Origin: Nitrospirales bacterium
Lineage (GTDB): Bacteria; Nitrospirota; Nitrospiria; Nitrospirales; UBA8639
DNA length: 64,000 nt
Direction: 5' to 3'
NCBI GenBank assembly: GCA_965203295.1
Contig: CBDBCZ010000019.1
Location: forward strand, 736,001-800,000
Shown here in pieces: positions 9,506 through 21,251 of this stretch; positions within the stretch are counted from its first letter, which is position 1, and each line of letters starts with the position of its first letter. Both the position numbers and the translations under genes were made by a program. The notes below the pieces were generated by a model. That model was not told where the DNA came from and searched no databases. It saw only the letters and a program-made list of their open reading frames with translations.

Positions 9506-10840
9506 TTATGAGGTTTTGCCTTGGAGAAGTTCTCGGCCAGCCAACATAATCATATCCAACATCTCTGGTGTTTTGGCCTCCCCATAACAACGAACTAAGG
9601 GTTCTGTTCCCGAGGGGCGAAAAAGGAACCAACTTCCATCTGTTAAAAGCAATTTACACCCATCAATCTTATTGACCTCCCGCACAGAAGTCCTTGCCAA
9701 CGAGGATGGTGGATTTTCCAATGTACGAGCGAGGCTTTCGCGCATTCCATTGGTTAACGCCACATCCTCCCGTCGGTTAAAGATCGATCCACTCGTCTGA
9801 ACAGATCATCGATAAGGTCTTTGAGCGAAGCTTTGGTCGTCGCAACCATTTCCGCAACAAGGAGACAGGCCAGGATCCCATCATTTTCTGGTACATGCCC
9901 AAGGATCGACATGCCAGTACTCTCCTCATTTCCCATGAGAATTTCTTCTTTGGCAAGCAATTCTCCCAAAAATTTGAAACCAACGGGAGTCTCCCGTACG
10001 TTGAGTCTATATTGGCCTGCAACATGATCAATAAGATCAATAAGATGAGTTGTTGCCACAGAACGCCCTATTCCTCCTGACCATTCAGTGGCTAAGCCTA
10101 AATGAGCATTTTCCCATTTCACCGTTTCTTGAAGTTCTTGTGTCGTCTCCGAGGTAGGCTCCGGACTCAATCCCCCCAAATAGGGGTCTCGCCAGTAATG
10201 CAACAATGCCATTTTGGCACCGGCATTGCGAAAGAAATCGTCAAGATACCCTCGTGAAGTCCCATACAATGGATCCATGACAACGCGGATTTCTCCTTTC
10301 CGAATGGCCTCAATATCAACATGGTGTTCTAGGGCACCTAGATAGTCCTGACGTGGATCAACAATCTGAACGAGGCCGTCCTTCTTGGCTCGATCCCAGG
10401 GCAACCATTTGAGGAATTCTCCATGCATTAAAGGTAAAATGCGTTGTTCGATAGATTGGGTCGTTTCCGGAAGTGCTGGACCACCCCAGGCTTGGGTAAA
10501 CTTAATTCCGTTGTATTCTGTGAGGATTATGACTCGCTGATATATTGATTCCTCCCGCTAATTGGTTCTTAAGAATGTGATAGGAAATGGTTGGCGTGGG
10601 AGTTTCTCGATTGCACAATAAGGAAGGAATGCCATGACCAGCCAGAACTTCTGCAGCAATCACCGCAAATTTTTCTCCCAGAAATCGGCTATCATACCCG
10701 ATAATGACTCCTCGTTGGACGGTCTTTTCATGGCGGAGATGTTGAGCGATACCTTGACAAACAATCCGGACATTTCGGAAAGTAAATTCTTCTCCTAGAA
10801 TGGCCTGCCAGCCTGATGTTCCGAACTTAATCGAACTCAT
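9506..10840 (-). pseudogene. Phosphoglucomutase/phosphomannomutase pseudogene
   Basis: Three fragments (IKFGTSGW...SASHNP; ETPVGFK...EES; DGCK...RPSGTEPLVRCYGE). Two frameshifts, no DGDADR metal-binding motif, and a 9-bp duplication at 10026-10043. Confidence 0.88.
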
Positions 10841-11026
10841 ACCTTCTTGAAATCACCTCGTCATTTCCAGTCTGATTTACTTTACCTTCAAAAAAAACAG
10901 ATTCAGGAGCAGGATCTTTTGAACTCTTCCGAATTCGATCATAGGGTTTCCATGGGAAGCATAATTTCGTGTAGCATACCCACATTTCTCTTCAAGAGAA
11001 AGATCTTTTTCCTTTGAACAGATGAC

Positions 11027-11054
11027 GGATAATATGAAAAGGATAATATGAAAA
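11027..11054. repeat. 14-bp perfect tandem duplication GGATAATATGAAAA x2
   Basis: Read directly, in the intergenic region upstream of the glycosylphosphotransferase gene. Confidence 0.9.
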
Positions 11055-11227
11055 TCTTTTGCAGCCCATGTTGATGAAGTAGTCCGTTCGTATTATGCTT
11101 GTGAGAGGGTGTTGTTCTTTCTGGACGAGCAGACTGTTCTGTATTGTTCCGCTTGAAACCATGGCCTGTGCAAGACGGTGTTTACTTGATCGAGCCCGTG
11201 CTCTAAGCAGTTCCATCTGACCCATTC

Positions 11228-12628
11228 ATGCTGAGACGCCAATCTGAATTCCTCAAGACCCTCCTTTTCCTCTTTGATCTGGTGGTGATCTGCACGTGTT
11301 GGCTTGCAGCCTACTCTATCAGGTTTTCGCAAATCTTCTTGCCTGTGACGAAAGGTGTGCCTCCACTCGCCCCTTATCTTTGGATGCTCGTGCCGATCGT
11401 TGTGGTTTGGGGCATCTCTTTTCAGACCTTTCATCTCTATCGGCCCAGACGAATGGGCACTCCTATGGCCGAATTTCTTGATTTGGCCAAAGCTAACACC
11501 CTATCCGTTCTCATTTTGGTGACACTGACCTTCTTCATTCAGCCTTTTGAATTTTCTCGGTTAGTGCTCTTCTATTTCTGGCTGTTTAATCTCTTTACAC
11601 TGGGTTTCTCAAGGATGTTTTTTCGTGAAGGCCTCCGATTTTTCCGGCGGCGCGGGTATAACCAGCGTCATGTCGTCGTTATCGGGGATGGGAAATTGGG
11701 ACAGCGGTTAGTCAAGTGTTTGAAGCAGCATCCTGAGCTTGGACTCAAAGTCAGAGGCTATCTGAGTCGCCGACCTGAGAAGCTTGGGCAAGTACTTGAG
11801 GGCACGCCGATAATCGGGGCATGGGATGATGCCGAAGAAATTGTCACGTCGGGCGTTGACCTAGTCTTCGTCTGTCTGCCTTCGGATACTGAAGGGTACA
11901 TTGAAAAGATTTTAGGGTACCTCACCACCACGATGGTGGAAGTGAAGGTCGTCCCAAGTATATACGAGTTCATCACACTCCATGCCGAGGCAGAGATGTT
12001 CGAAGGTTTGCCGCTCATTACGCTTCAAGGCTCTCCACTGCAAGGCTGGAATGTGGTCTTCAAGCGGGGGATCGATTTCATCGGGGCTGGCAGCGCGATT
12101 GTTGTGATGTCACCGCTCCTCTTGCTCATCTCAGTTTTAGTCAAAGTGACGTCGCCCGGACCCGTGTTCTATCGACAGATCCGTATGGGTTTGGACGGCC
12201 GAGCGTTTACGATGCTCAAGTTCCGAAGCATGCGTGTGGACGCAGAATCTCAAACGGGGGCTGTGTGGGCGCAACCCAATGATGATCGCCGCACCCCCAT
12301 TGGTGCTCTTCTGCGCCGAACCAGTTTGGATGAATTGCCGCAGTTTTGGAATGTCCTGAAAGGAGAAATGAGTATTGTGGGCCCCCGCCCTGAACGGCCC
12401 GAATTCACGACTCGGTTTTGGGAGCACTTGCCTCAATATATGTTGCGCCACAAGATGAAAGCTGGGATTACGGGCTGGGCGCAGGTGAATGGGTGGCGCG
12501 GGAATACGTCACTGGAAAAGCGGCTGGACCATGACCTGTACTACATCGAGCATTGGTCGATTTGGTTTGATCTGAAGATTATCATCCTGACGATTTGGAA
12601 TGGACTGATCCATAAACACGCCTATTGA
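11228..12628 (+). CDS. wcaJ: Undecaprenyl-phosphate glucose phosphotransferase (WcaJ family)
   Basis: N-terminal TM helices; [54 protein letters not shown]. Confidence 0.88.
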   Translation: MLRRQSEFLKTLLFLFDLVVICTCWLAAYSIRFSQIFLPVTKGVPPLAPYLWMLVPIVVVWGISFQTFHLYRPRRMGTPMAEFLDLAKANTLSVLILVTLTFFIQPFEFSRLVLFYFWLFNLFTLGFSRMFFREGLRFFRRRGYNQRHVVVIGDGKLGQRLVKCLKQHPELGLKVRGYLSRRPEKLGQVLEGTPIIGAWDDAEEIVTSGVDLVFVCLPSDTEGYIEKILGYLTTTMVEVKVVPSIYEFITLHAEAEMFEGLPLITLQGSPLQGWNVVFKRGIDFIGAGSAIVVMSPLLLLISVLVKVTSPGPVFYRQIRMGLDGRAFTMLKFRSMRVDAESQTGAVWAQPNDDRRTPIGALLRRTSLDELPQFWNVLKGEMSIVGPRPERPEFTTRFWEHLPQYMLRHKMKAGITGWAQVNGWRGNTSLEKRLDHDLYYIEHWSIWFDLKIIILTIWNGLIHKHAY

Positions 12629-12663
12629 GGCGAACCTCGCTGAGGAAACATCGACAAAATAAC

Positions 12664-12690
12664 AAGGGCGGCCCCTCATGGGCCGCCCTT
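12664..12690. terminator. GC-rich hairpin between convergent genes
   Basis: AAGGGCGGCCC-CTCAT-GGGCCGCCCTT is a perfect 11-bp stem; a T-rich tail follows on the minus strand. Confidence 0.65.
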
Positions 12691-12761
12691 GAACTGCCAT
12701 CTAGCAACTCTCTCTCTATTCAGGAGTTGCGAAACATTCGATCGTCCGCACAACCGACAAC

Positions 12762-13127
12762 TTATTGGCCTAATACTGCTGGGGTCAGCGGTATCCCAGT
12801 CGTGCTCTGTATTGGTTTCCTAGTCTTCAACGCGAATGGCTCGTCCATTTTTGGCTGCTGCTGAATGCTAGCCACTGGCTGTTGGTTCACCAATGGCTGC
12901 GTTGGCTGCTGTTTCAACTTCGGCCGAATGACAGTCACATTCTGCTGAAGCTCTTGAAGCTCTTTAACCACAGAAATCACTCGCTGCTTGTCCTGCTTTC
13001 CCTTCTGACTCACATCTGACTTGGATTTCCCCTGCGCTAATGCCGGTAATACCGTCAACCCAAGAATAACGACTACTCTTATGAGATTCATCATCGAAGA
13101 ATTCATCTTGTTATCTTTCATAATCAT
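12762..13127 (-). CDS. Small secreted Gln/Pro/Lys-rich hypothetical protein
   Basis: AAGGAG RBS, signal-peptide-like segment VVVILGLTVLPALA, QQP repeats. Confidence 0.55.
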   Translation of the reverse strand: MIMKDNKMNSSMMNLIRVVVILGLTVLPALAQGKSKSDVSQKGKQDKQRVISVVKELQELQQNVTVIRPKLKQQPTQPLVNQQPVASIQQQPKMDEPFALKTRKPIQSTTGIPLTPAVLGQ

Positions 13128-13722
13128 GGCAGATTGCTCCTTCTGTAAATAGTGAATATTCTTGCCTCCTGAGCAATCCGAGGCGGATAGTTTTTTGCTG
13201 GCATTAACCTGTCAGGAGGTGCACGTATGGGTAAAAAGTGCGTCGACATATTTTGAAGCTGCGGAGCCATCTGAGTTTCCTATTTACCGAATGCTCGGCT
13301 CATCCGGACCATCTCCGGGACTGTGTCAAGTTTTTTTGCAATGAAACAACAATAGAGAAAATTAGTGAGTCTAAGGTGTTTAGGACCTTATGCTTTCCGT
13401 ATCCTTTGCTCTCTTGCCTTCTCTGTCTGGGAGACAGTTTGTTAAGGCTTGATCGAGCCGGTCGGGGTCGTGGTGGTCAATAGAGTCGCCCCGTCTGTTT
13501 CCGGCATATGGCTTGTCTGTCGTCATAAGGTCACCGTGGAATAAAGAAAGTACGTTAGGACAGTGGAGAGATTGTAGACATGGGGTGCGATGTTTCGAAA
13601 TCGGACTAATACGGATTTTTGCCGTAGGAAGATTGGGAGAATAGAGTAGGGTTTTGTCCTATAGAGGGGGCGTAAGACAGGATTCAGAGGGGGGAAGTTC
13701 GCCTGAGTGTCAACCTCTAGCG

Positions 13723-14355
13723 TCACTCAACCAAATGATGGTCTACGGCGTACCGGATGAGTTCGGCGGTGGTGTCCCGCTTTAATTTCTCAAGAAGTCG
13801 GCTTCGGTATGTGCTAATCGTCTTTACACTGAGTGATAATTCATCTGAAATTTGCGTCGCAGTTTTGCCCTTGGCTATGAGGCACAGCACTTCCAGTTCT
13901 CGATCGGATAAGGTCTGATGCAATGCCGTCGGGCTCTTGATGGACAAACCGCTCGCCAAATGTTCAGCCAGGGATGGGGTGACATACGTCCCTCCCATTA
14001 AGACCTTTTTAAGGGCGCTCACAAGTTCCTCTGGAGCCGTTTCCTTGTTTAAGAAACCGGATCCCCCTGCCCTCAATACACGGAAGCCATATTGTTCCTC
14101 AGAGTAAAGGCTCAAGACAATCACCGGAAGGTCAGGCTTGGTGGATTTGATTTCTTTCAGAATTTCCAAGCCATGCTTATCTGGCAAGTTAAGGTCTAGG
14201 ATAATGGCATCAATCTTTTTGCTGCAGACCGCTTCGAGGGCACCTTGGCCTGTGCCGATCTCGATAACCGTCGCATCACTGAATTCTTCCGCCAGCACTT
14301 GCTTCAGACCTTTTCGAACGACAGCGTGATCATCAACAACAAGGACTGTTACCAT
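13723..14355 (-). CDS. NarL/LuxR-family response regulator
   Basis: REC domain VVDDHAVVR...LDLNLP; HTH LSDRELEVL...LSVKTISTYR. Confidence 0.92.
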   Translation of the reverse strand: MVTVLVVDDHAVVRKGLKQVLAEEFSDATVIEIGTGQGALEAVCSKKIDAIILDLNLPDKHGLEILKEIKSTKPDLPVIVLSLYSEEQYGFRVLRAGGSGFLNKETAPEELVSALKKVLMGGTYVTPSLAEHLASGLSIKSPTALHQTLSDRELEVLCLIAKGKTATQISDELSLSVKTISTYRSRLLEKLKRDTTAELIRYAVDHHLVE

Positions 14356-14384
14356 GTACGTTCCTTCAGTTTAGCAAGGCCCCA

Positions 14385-17300
14385 TCATCGTGGAATCTGA
14401 ATCTGAGCGGTCGTTCCCTTTCCCGGCTCGCTCCAAATCGTAAAGTCTCCACCCAGACTGGCTGCACGTTTCTTCATTCCCAACAAGCCTAGTGAATGGC
14501 TGCTTTGACCCTTGCCTATCCCGATCCCGTTGTCGTGTACCTTGAGAGTCAGCATATTCGCCGCTTCTTTGATCTCAATGTTCACACGTGAGGCGTGGGC
14601 ATGGCGCAACACATTGGTCAGAAGCTCCTGGGTAATGCGAAAAAAAGATGAAGATTTTTCTTGAGAGATAAGGATCTGGGTGAGAGTTGAACCAGAAGAA
14701 AAGTCGCATGCGATTCCGGTCCGTCTCTGAAAATCCCTTGCTTGCCATTCCAGGGCAGGCACAAGGCCTAAATCATCGAGCAGTGGTGGTCGCAAGGAGG
14801 AAGCAATCCGCCGAACGGTTTGAATGCTTTGGTCTGCTAGGGCAGACATGGAATCCAGTTTGCTCATGAGTTGAGTCTCGTCTGAGACTTCCAGCTTACC
14901 TTTGAGCTTTCGCTTCACCCAGGATACATCAAACTTCAGTGCCGTCAATGTCTGTCCGAATTCATCATGGAGCTCTCGGGCAATTCGTTTCCGCTCGGCC
15001 TCTTCGACATTATCCAATCGACGCGTGATCTCTCGAAGACGAACATAGGCGGTTTGTAGTTTTTTCTGCCCCCCTTTCCGCTCGGTAATATCACGGATGA
15101 TGGCGCAAGTAAAATCCTGATTGTTATGCCATAGGAAATTGAGGCTGATTTCGGCCGGAAAGGTCCCGCCACTCTTTGTTCGGTGGACCGCTTCGTATTG
15201 GATCTTTCCAGTGGTTCTCCTATTCGTTGATCGCCCTTCTGATCGTTTCCGATTGTGCAGGGCCGAAAAATCCCGAATGGACATGTGTAAGAGTTCCTCG
15301 TGAGTATACCCAAGTGAACGACACGCTTCTTCGTTGACATAGATTAATCGCTCGTCAGGGCCAGCCCAAAAAATGGCATCACTGGCTTGGTCTACCGCAA
15401 ATTGTGTAAATGGGAGGGCCTCCTCCGCTCGATAACGCTCTAATTCAGCACCCGCTCGGGCAACGAAAATTTTTAGCAACGATTCCGTTCCGATCCATGA
15501 CAGCATTTCTTGTGAATCAAAGTGAGGAGATCCTTTCCCCATGATGACGATGTGCCCGATGGCCTTTCCTAAGGAGTCGTGGAGGGGGAGACCTAAGTAA
15601 CTCTGCACTTTCAGTTCAGCAAGATTCCTATCATGGGGGAACAGTGTTTGAACGTCCCTCGGGTAGTAACAGGCTTTCCCTCCGATCACCTCTTGGCATG
15701 GAGTCCCGTCCAGGGCATACTCAACGCTCTCAACAAATTCATTCCCTTTTAAAAAGTCTAGGGTTCGGACCTGTGTCGTCGTTCCATCAAGGTACTCTGC
15801 GATGAAGGCATAGTCGGCTTTGAGAGCTATAGCCAAATGTCGTAGGAGTGAGTGGAAAAAGTCAGAACTGGTGACGGCCGCAGTTTCCTCGATGATCACA
15901 CGAAGGGTTTCCTCTGCTCGCTTTTGCTCCGTCACATCTTCGCAGACAATCAGAACCAGAGAATAACCCTCTGGTGTGTGAATCAGTCGGGCTGCTTCTC
16001 TGACCCAAAGGGCGCTGCCATTCTTGTGTACCTTTCGAAGCTCCCAATGAGCCACTTCTGAGGGGTTCTGCAGCCATTTGTAAAACTGTTCTTGAATAGT
16101 ACTTCTGTCCTCCTCTGACACAATTTTGAAGACGCTTTGGCCTAATAATTCCTCCGGCGTGTATCCCAATTGCTGGGCGCCACACTGATTAACGGAAAGG
16201 ACCGTGCCATCCAGAGCCACCGTGAAATGCATAGACGGATTCTCATGATAGAATGCACGGTACCGTTCCTCACTTGCATGCACGGCCTCTTCTGCCTTCT
16301 TTTTTTCAATGACAATCCCAGCCAGCCATCTGAACGTGTCCATGATCATCAAGTCTGTCGTATTGGGGCTTCGAGGTTGATGGTCATACATCGAAAAAGT
16401 GCCTAGCACTGAACCTTCAGACCCAGAATCGGCGTGGACCAACAGGCGCGTAGGCCATGACTCAAGGCCAATGCTCTGTGCTGAGCCCAGAGTGGATCAG
16501 TGGCAATGTCAGAAACGATGACGGTTTCTTTGCGATAGGCCGCCGTTCCGCATGAACCCTCACAGGGCCCAATCTCCATACCCTCGATGGCTTGCGTGTA
16601 GGTTTCCGGTAGGCTAGGAGCTGCGCCGAGCTGGAGATGAGTTCCTCCCTTCAGCAAAAGAAAGGAACAGAGCATTCCTTGGGAATACGTCTCGACGATC
16701 CGACATAATGACATGAGCGTATCAGGCAGTGAAGCACCCTTTGCGATGTGCTCAAGGGTCAATTTCTGTCCAGCCAGAGATGCCTCAGCTCGTTTCAGTT
16801 CCGTGGTGTCGTGAAAGGAGACGACCGCCCCAATGAGGTCGCCCCGGTCGTCACGCATTGGTGTGCTGGTATAGTCTACGGGGAAACTCGTCCTGTTCTT
16901 TCGCCAAAAGACTTCGTGATTCACATGATGGGTTACTCCATTGATGGGTTACTCCATCCCTCAACGTCGCATTGATAAGGCACGTTTCATGAGAGTAGGG
17001 AGTGCCATCTGGTTGCGTGTGGTGAAGCAGGGTATGGTGGGACTGACCCAGGAATTCCTCTGGATTCCACCCAAACATGCGCGCAGCTGCTGGATTGACA
17101 AAGGTGGTGTTCCCCTTTACATCTAGCCCGTAAATACCCTCTGCCGCTGAATTCAGAATGAGTTCGTTTTGACGACTGAGATCACCATCGTCGTTCTTGG
17201 GCGGCTTGTGCTCGGCGGCCTCCTCGTCGATCGGTACCTTGGCTGGTTCCAGACCCTGTTGGTGTTGCGTTGTGGTCGCCCATTCACGCAGAGCCCTCTC

Positions 17301-17657
17301 AGCAAAGTGTGGCATGGCAGCCAGGGTCTCTTCGGTTTTCACCACATAATCCAAAACTCCCGCCTTCATCGCTTCGACCGCGCTCTGCTCTTCATTTTGA
17401 GTGGTCATGAGCATGACAGGATAGAGACGATCTCTTTCATCAACTTCGAATAGATCAATCCCTTTCCCGTCCGGTAAGCGAATGTCCGCAATCACCAAAT
17501 CCGGAACAGCCTGTTTCAAGCAAGCGCGTGCTTCATGAAGCGTTCCCACCACCTTGACAGTTTCGCTTTTAGCTCGCAATTTAAACGCCGAGCACACCCG
17601 TTCGGCATGTTCACGATTGTCTTCAACGAGTAGAATATGGACTATTGGCTTATCCAT
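14385..17657 (-). pseudogene. REC-PAS-GAF-PAS-GAF-PAS-HisKA_3 sensor kinase split by two frameshifts
   Basis: Three consecutive ORFs. A 16-bp tandem duplication at 16926-16957 causes the first shift, and a 1-nt shift occurs near 16420. The kinase core ERKRIARELHDEFGQ...HDNGIG is intact in the last ORF. Confidence 0.85.
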
Positions 17658-18013
17658 ACTGTTCCGCTTGAATCCACAATATTCAGGCCCACCATTCAAT
17701 CAGGATACTCTAATCCATAGGGCCACATCAGTTAGCGTTAGTTTAGCGAGAACCTGACGAAATTCTCAATCAATCGACTGAACTGGTTCCTCTCTATGTG
17801 TGTGACGAGAGACCTCTATGCCTCACGATCCTAGGCTTTGGTCTGAGGTTTTGCCATTTGATCGCTATCTTTTTTCTCCTTCAAGTCTGAGCGATACAAT
17901 GCGAGGAATATCGTGCAGGGATGTGGTGTGAAACAAAAAATTTTAATGAGATTGGCTGTCTTGCCACAACCCCCATTATATTGGGGATAGAAGAAGCATA
18001 AGGGGAAAAGGAA

Positions 18014-18568
18014 GTGAACAACAAATTGCCAGATTGGGCTCGGATAAGTCAGGCCAAGTGGAAATATCTCGGTGAGGAAAGGCCACCATTACTCAAGTCC
18101 CCCAATCTGGTCAGGAGTCAGTCTGGGATTACCCGAGACCACCCAGAATAGAGCTGGATAGTCGCCGGGTGATGGTTTGTTCGTGATAGAACTGTGGTGG
18201 ATTCTCGCTCAACCTATCGGGTGTTGGAGACGGCGAGTCCTCCCACGTTTTACATCCCTCCCGCAGACATCGATTTCTCCTTATTACGACTGACAGCAAG
18301 TTCTTCTGCCTGTGAGTGGAAAGGGATCGCTCAGTATTGGTCTTTGGAGCGAGGTGATGTCCAATTGGAAGGGGTCGCTTGGGCGTACCCTGATCCTTTC
18401 CCAGGGTATGAGTCGATTGCCGGATATCTTTCGTTCTATCCAGCTCGTCTGGCCTGTTATGTCGACGGAGAGCGGGTTCAACCACAACCAGGCAGACTCT
18501 ACGGAGGGTGGGTGACCCAGGAACTCGTTGGTCCCTTCAAAGGGGAGTCCGGAACGGAGGACTGGTAA
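18014..18568 (+). pseudogene. DUF427-family protein, 5' part frameshifted
   Basis: QESVWDYPRPP is out of frame with RVLETASPPTFYIP...CEWKGIAQYW...GGWVT. Confidence 0.75.
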
Positions 18569-18734
18569 GAGAAGTATGTCCAGCCCGCTCATTCTGAAGA
18601 TTGAGGCTTTGTAGCCAGCAATCGAGAAATACTTGAATTAATCAATACCCCAACAAATAGGGCACGGTGCACCTTGCAATGTGAATGGTTAAGATGACTT
18701 CTGACTGACCGCTAATCTCAAAGGAGCCTCACAG

Positions 18735-19475
18735 ATGATTTGGCTAACGGATCCGCAGGCCTGGTTGGCACTGGGCACACTCACGGCTCTCGAAATAGTC
18801 TTGGGTATCGACAACATTATTTTCATTTCGATCCTGGCTTCAAAACTTCCGAAGAAACAGCAGCCACGAGCCCGTTTCTGGGGGCTCACCGTCGCTATGG
18901 TCACGCGGCTGTTGTTATTGTTTTCTTTGTCATGGCTCATGAGCCTCACGGCCCCACTGTTTGAAATGTTTGCCCATGAAATTTCAGGCCGAGATATAAT
19001 CCTGATTGCCGGCGGGTTGTTTCTTCTGATCAAAAGCACGTTGGAGATCCATGAAAAATTAGAAGGGGAAGAAGGGCATACGTCAGCGCGACCTGCGGCG
19101 TCGTTCGGATCCATCATGGTACAAATCGCCTTACTGGACATTGTGTTCTCGTTAGACTCCGTCATTACCGCTATTGGGATGGCCAATCACGTGAGCGTCA
19201 TGGCCACGGCAATCGTCATTGCCGTCTTGGTGATGATGGCGGCATCTGGGGCAATCAGTCAGTTTATCGATCGGCATCCGACGATCAAAATCCTGGCCTT
19301 GAGCTTTTTGCTCATGATCGGCGTCATGCTCATTGGCGAAGGATTGGAATTCCACATACCAAAAGGCTACATCTACTTTGCGATGGCCTTCTCAGTTTTT
19401 GTCGAGATGCTCAATGCCAAGATCCGTCATCGGCGAGCTGAACCACTCAAACTGCGTCAGCGCTATGCTGAGTAA
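18735..19475 (+). CDS. TerC-family membrane protein
   Basis: LEIVLGIDNIIFI, DIVFSLDSVITAIG, KGYIYFAMAFS. Confidence 0.92.
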   Translation: MIWLTDPQAWLALGTLTALEIVLGIDNIIFISILASKLPKKQQPRARFWGLTVAMVTRLLLLFSLSWLMSLTAPLFEMFAHEISGRDIILIAGGLFLLIKSTLEIHEKLEGEEGHTSARPAASFGSIMVQIALLDIVFSLDSVITAIGMANHVSVMATAIVIAVLVMMAASGAISQFIDRHPTIKILALSFLLMIGVMLIGEGLEFHIPKGYIYFAMAFSVFVEMLNAKIRHRRAEPLKLRQRYAE

Positions 19476-19616
19476 AGATCGAGAGAAATTCTCTTGTGTT
19501 TGGGGGGAACCTCCGTCATCATGCCTGTTGCCCCAGCATGTCGGTGCTTTTGATTAAAGCAAGGCTTCGGAGAGGGTGACCATCTAGGCCTTTTCAAAAG
19601 CTAAAGGAGTTACGAT

Positions 19617-20477
19617 ATGCGACTTAAAACTGAGATGCTGACGGGTCTTGATGTGAGAAAGACCAGGGCTGATAAGTACGTGTCTGATCTCAATGCCACT
19701 CTTCCCGAACACCATATCGATACCCCACTTCGAATCTCGCATTTTCTCGCCCAGGTGCTTCATGAATCGGCGTTGATGAAAGTCGTAAAGGAAAACCTGA
19801 ATTACTCAGCCGAGGGGCTGTTGAAGGTGTTCCGTAAATACTTCAAAACTCAAGCGCAAGCACAACGATACGCTCGCAAACCCAAGATGATCGCCAATAA
19901 AGTCTACGGAGGACGAATGGGGAACGGCGATGAAGCCAGCGGAGATGGGTATCGGTACCGCGGACGCGGGTTGATTCAGCTAACAGGGAAAAACAACTAT
20001 CGCAAATTTTCTGAATGGGTTGGGGAGGATCTTGTTGCGCAACCCGACCGCGTGGCCACCGACTATGCTGTGCATTCTGCGGTGTACTTCTGGACGTCCA
20101 AGAAACTGAATAACCACCCTGATGCTGATGACGTCAGGAAGGTAACCAAGATTATCAATGGCGGATATCGCGGCCTGTCGGAGCGAAAGGAGATTTTGCA
20201 CAAAGCCAAAGAGCTGTTTGGCTTTGAAGTGGAAAAGGGCTTAAAAGTGGTGGAAGGTGCGACCTACAAGGTCACCGCCACGACTCTTCGGTTTCGCAGT
20301 CAACCCAAGGTCTCTCCCGCGACGGTGATTGGCTCGCTTCGCAAAGGGACGAGAGTCAAAAAAGTGGCGAGCGCAGCCGTGCCTGGCTGGGCGCGGGTAC
20401 GAGTAATCTTCAAGGGAGAGCTCAGAAAAGGATTTGTCGCGACTAAGCATCTACAACGGCTCATCCCACCACGTTAG
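19617..20477 (+). CDS. Glycoside hydrolase family 19 (lysozyme/chitinase-like) with C-terminal SH3b-like domain
   Basis: FLAQVLHES, ENLNYS, GDGYRYRGRGLIQLTGKNNY, INGG; C-terminal VTATTLRFRSQP...GWARV...GFVATKHL. Confidence 0.85.
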   Translation: MRLKTEMLTGLDVRKTRADKYVSDLNATLPEHHIDTPLRISHFLAQVLHESALMKVVKENLNYSAEGLLKVFRKYFKTQAQAQRYARKPKMIANKVYGGRMGNGDEASGDGYRYRGRGLIQLTGKNNYRKFSEWVGEDLVAQPDRVATDYAVHSAVYFWTSKKLNNHPDADDVRKVTKIINGGYRGLSERKEILHKAKELFGFEVEKGLKVVEGATYKVTATTLRFRSQPKVSPATVIGSLRKGTRVKKVASAAVPGWARVRVIFKGELRKGFVATKHLQRLIPPR

Positions 20478-20615
20478 GGCGGTGACAGTATCCACTATTC
20501 TGAATGGAGCAGGCATGCGTAAATCTGGAGAAGGGAAAAGAGGGTGAGAGTTAATTATTTGCCCTGACAACAAAGTGAATGTCTGTTTTCTTCGCGTCTC
20601 CTGTGAGTGGAAGTG

Positions 20616-20714
20616 TTACCCTTTTTTCTTGGCCTTCTTTTCCGCCCTTTTTTCCTTCATCGATTTTGCGGGTTTTTTCTTGCTTTCTTTTCGTGTGTCT
20701 TGGCTTTTGGCCAT
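20616..20714 (-). CDS. 32-aa lysine-rich small protein (not in the ORF track)
   Basis: MAKSQDTRKESKKKPAKSMKEKRAEKKAKKKG*, preceded by an AAAAGGAG RBS. Confidence 0.7.
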   Translation of the reverse strand: MAKSQDTRKESKKKPAKSMKEKRAEKKAKKKG

Positions 20715-20797
20715 GAGAGGTCTCCTTTTTGGTGAATGTGTTGCTCTGTTTGCGTTGTGCTAACAGGATAATCTCGGATTTGCAAGTCTTTGGCTAA

Positions 20798-21251
20798 CGC
20801 TGCGGATATCCTGCAGACAAAATCTGGCTCGGGGAGATTTATGAATGGGCGGGACAATATCGGCAGGTCAATGTCAGTAAAGACGCCTTTCCCTTCGCGG
20901 CTGCTGCACAGACTCCCTTTTTGATGAATCAGTTTGAGCGGGATGTGTTGCGTCGTTGTACGCCTAGTATTTTCACCGACCGTGCAGTAATTATCCGCGC
21001 TTTAGCGGAAGCGCACATCGAGTTGGTGCTTATCCATCCGTTTTGGGATGGATGGGAATGGCCGGATTGCTCGGATTCTTTCAACTCTGATGGCACTTCA
21101 AGCCGGGTTACTAATGCTGGACTTCAGTGTGATTGCTGGGGAAAGAAAGGCCGAGTACTTTGCGGCGGTCCAGGCCAGCCTGGACAAGAACTATACGTCG
21201 ATGGAGAGACTGTTCACCGAAATCATTGAGCGAAGCCTTATGGCTTCTTGA
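20798..21251 (+). pseudogene. fic: Fic-domain toxin pseudogene (5' truncated, catalytic motif frameshifted)
   Basis: WLGEIYEWAGQYRQVNVSK...IHPFWD / GNGRIARIL; GATG duplicated at 21047-21054. Confidence 0.85.

Noticed and set aside
13370..13420. c-di-GMP-I (GEMM) riboswitch-like words on the minus strand (GGCAA...ACGGAAAGC...GGTCCTAA)
   Set aside because: No GNRA-capped stem between the motifs and no matching 3' strand.
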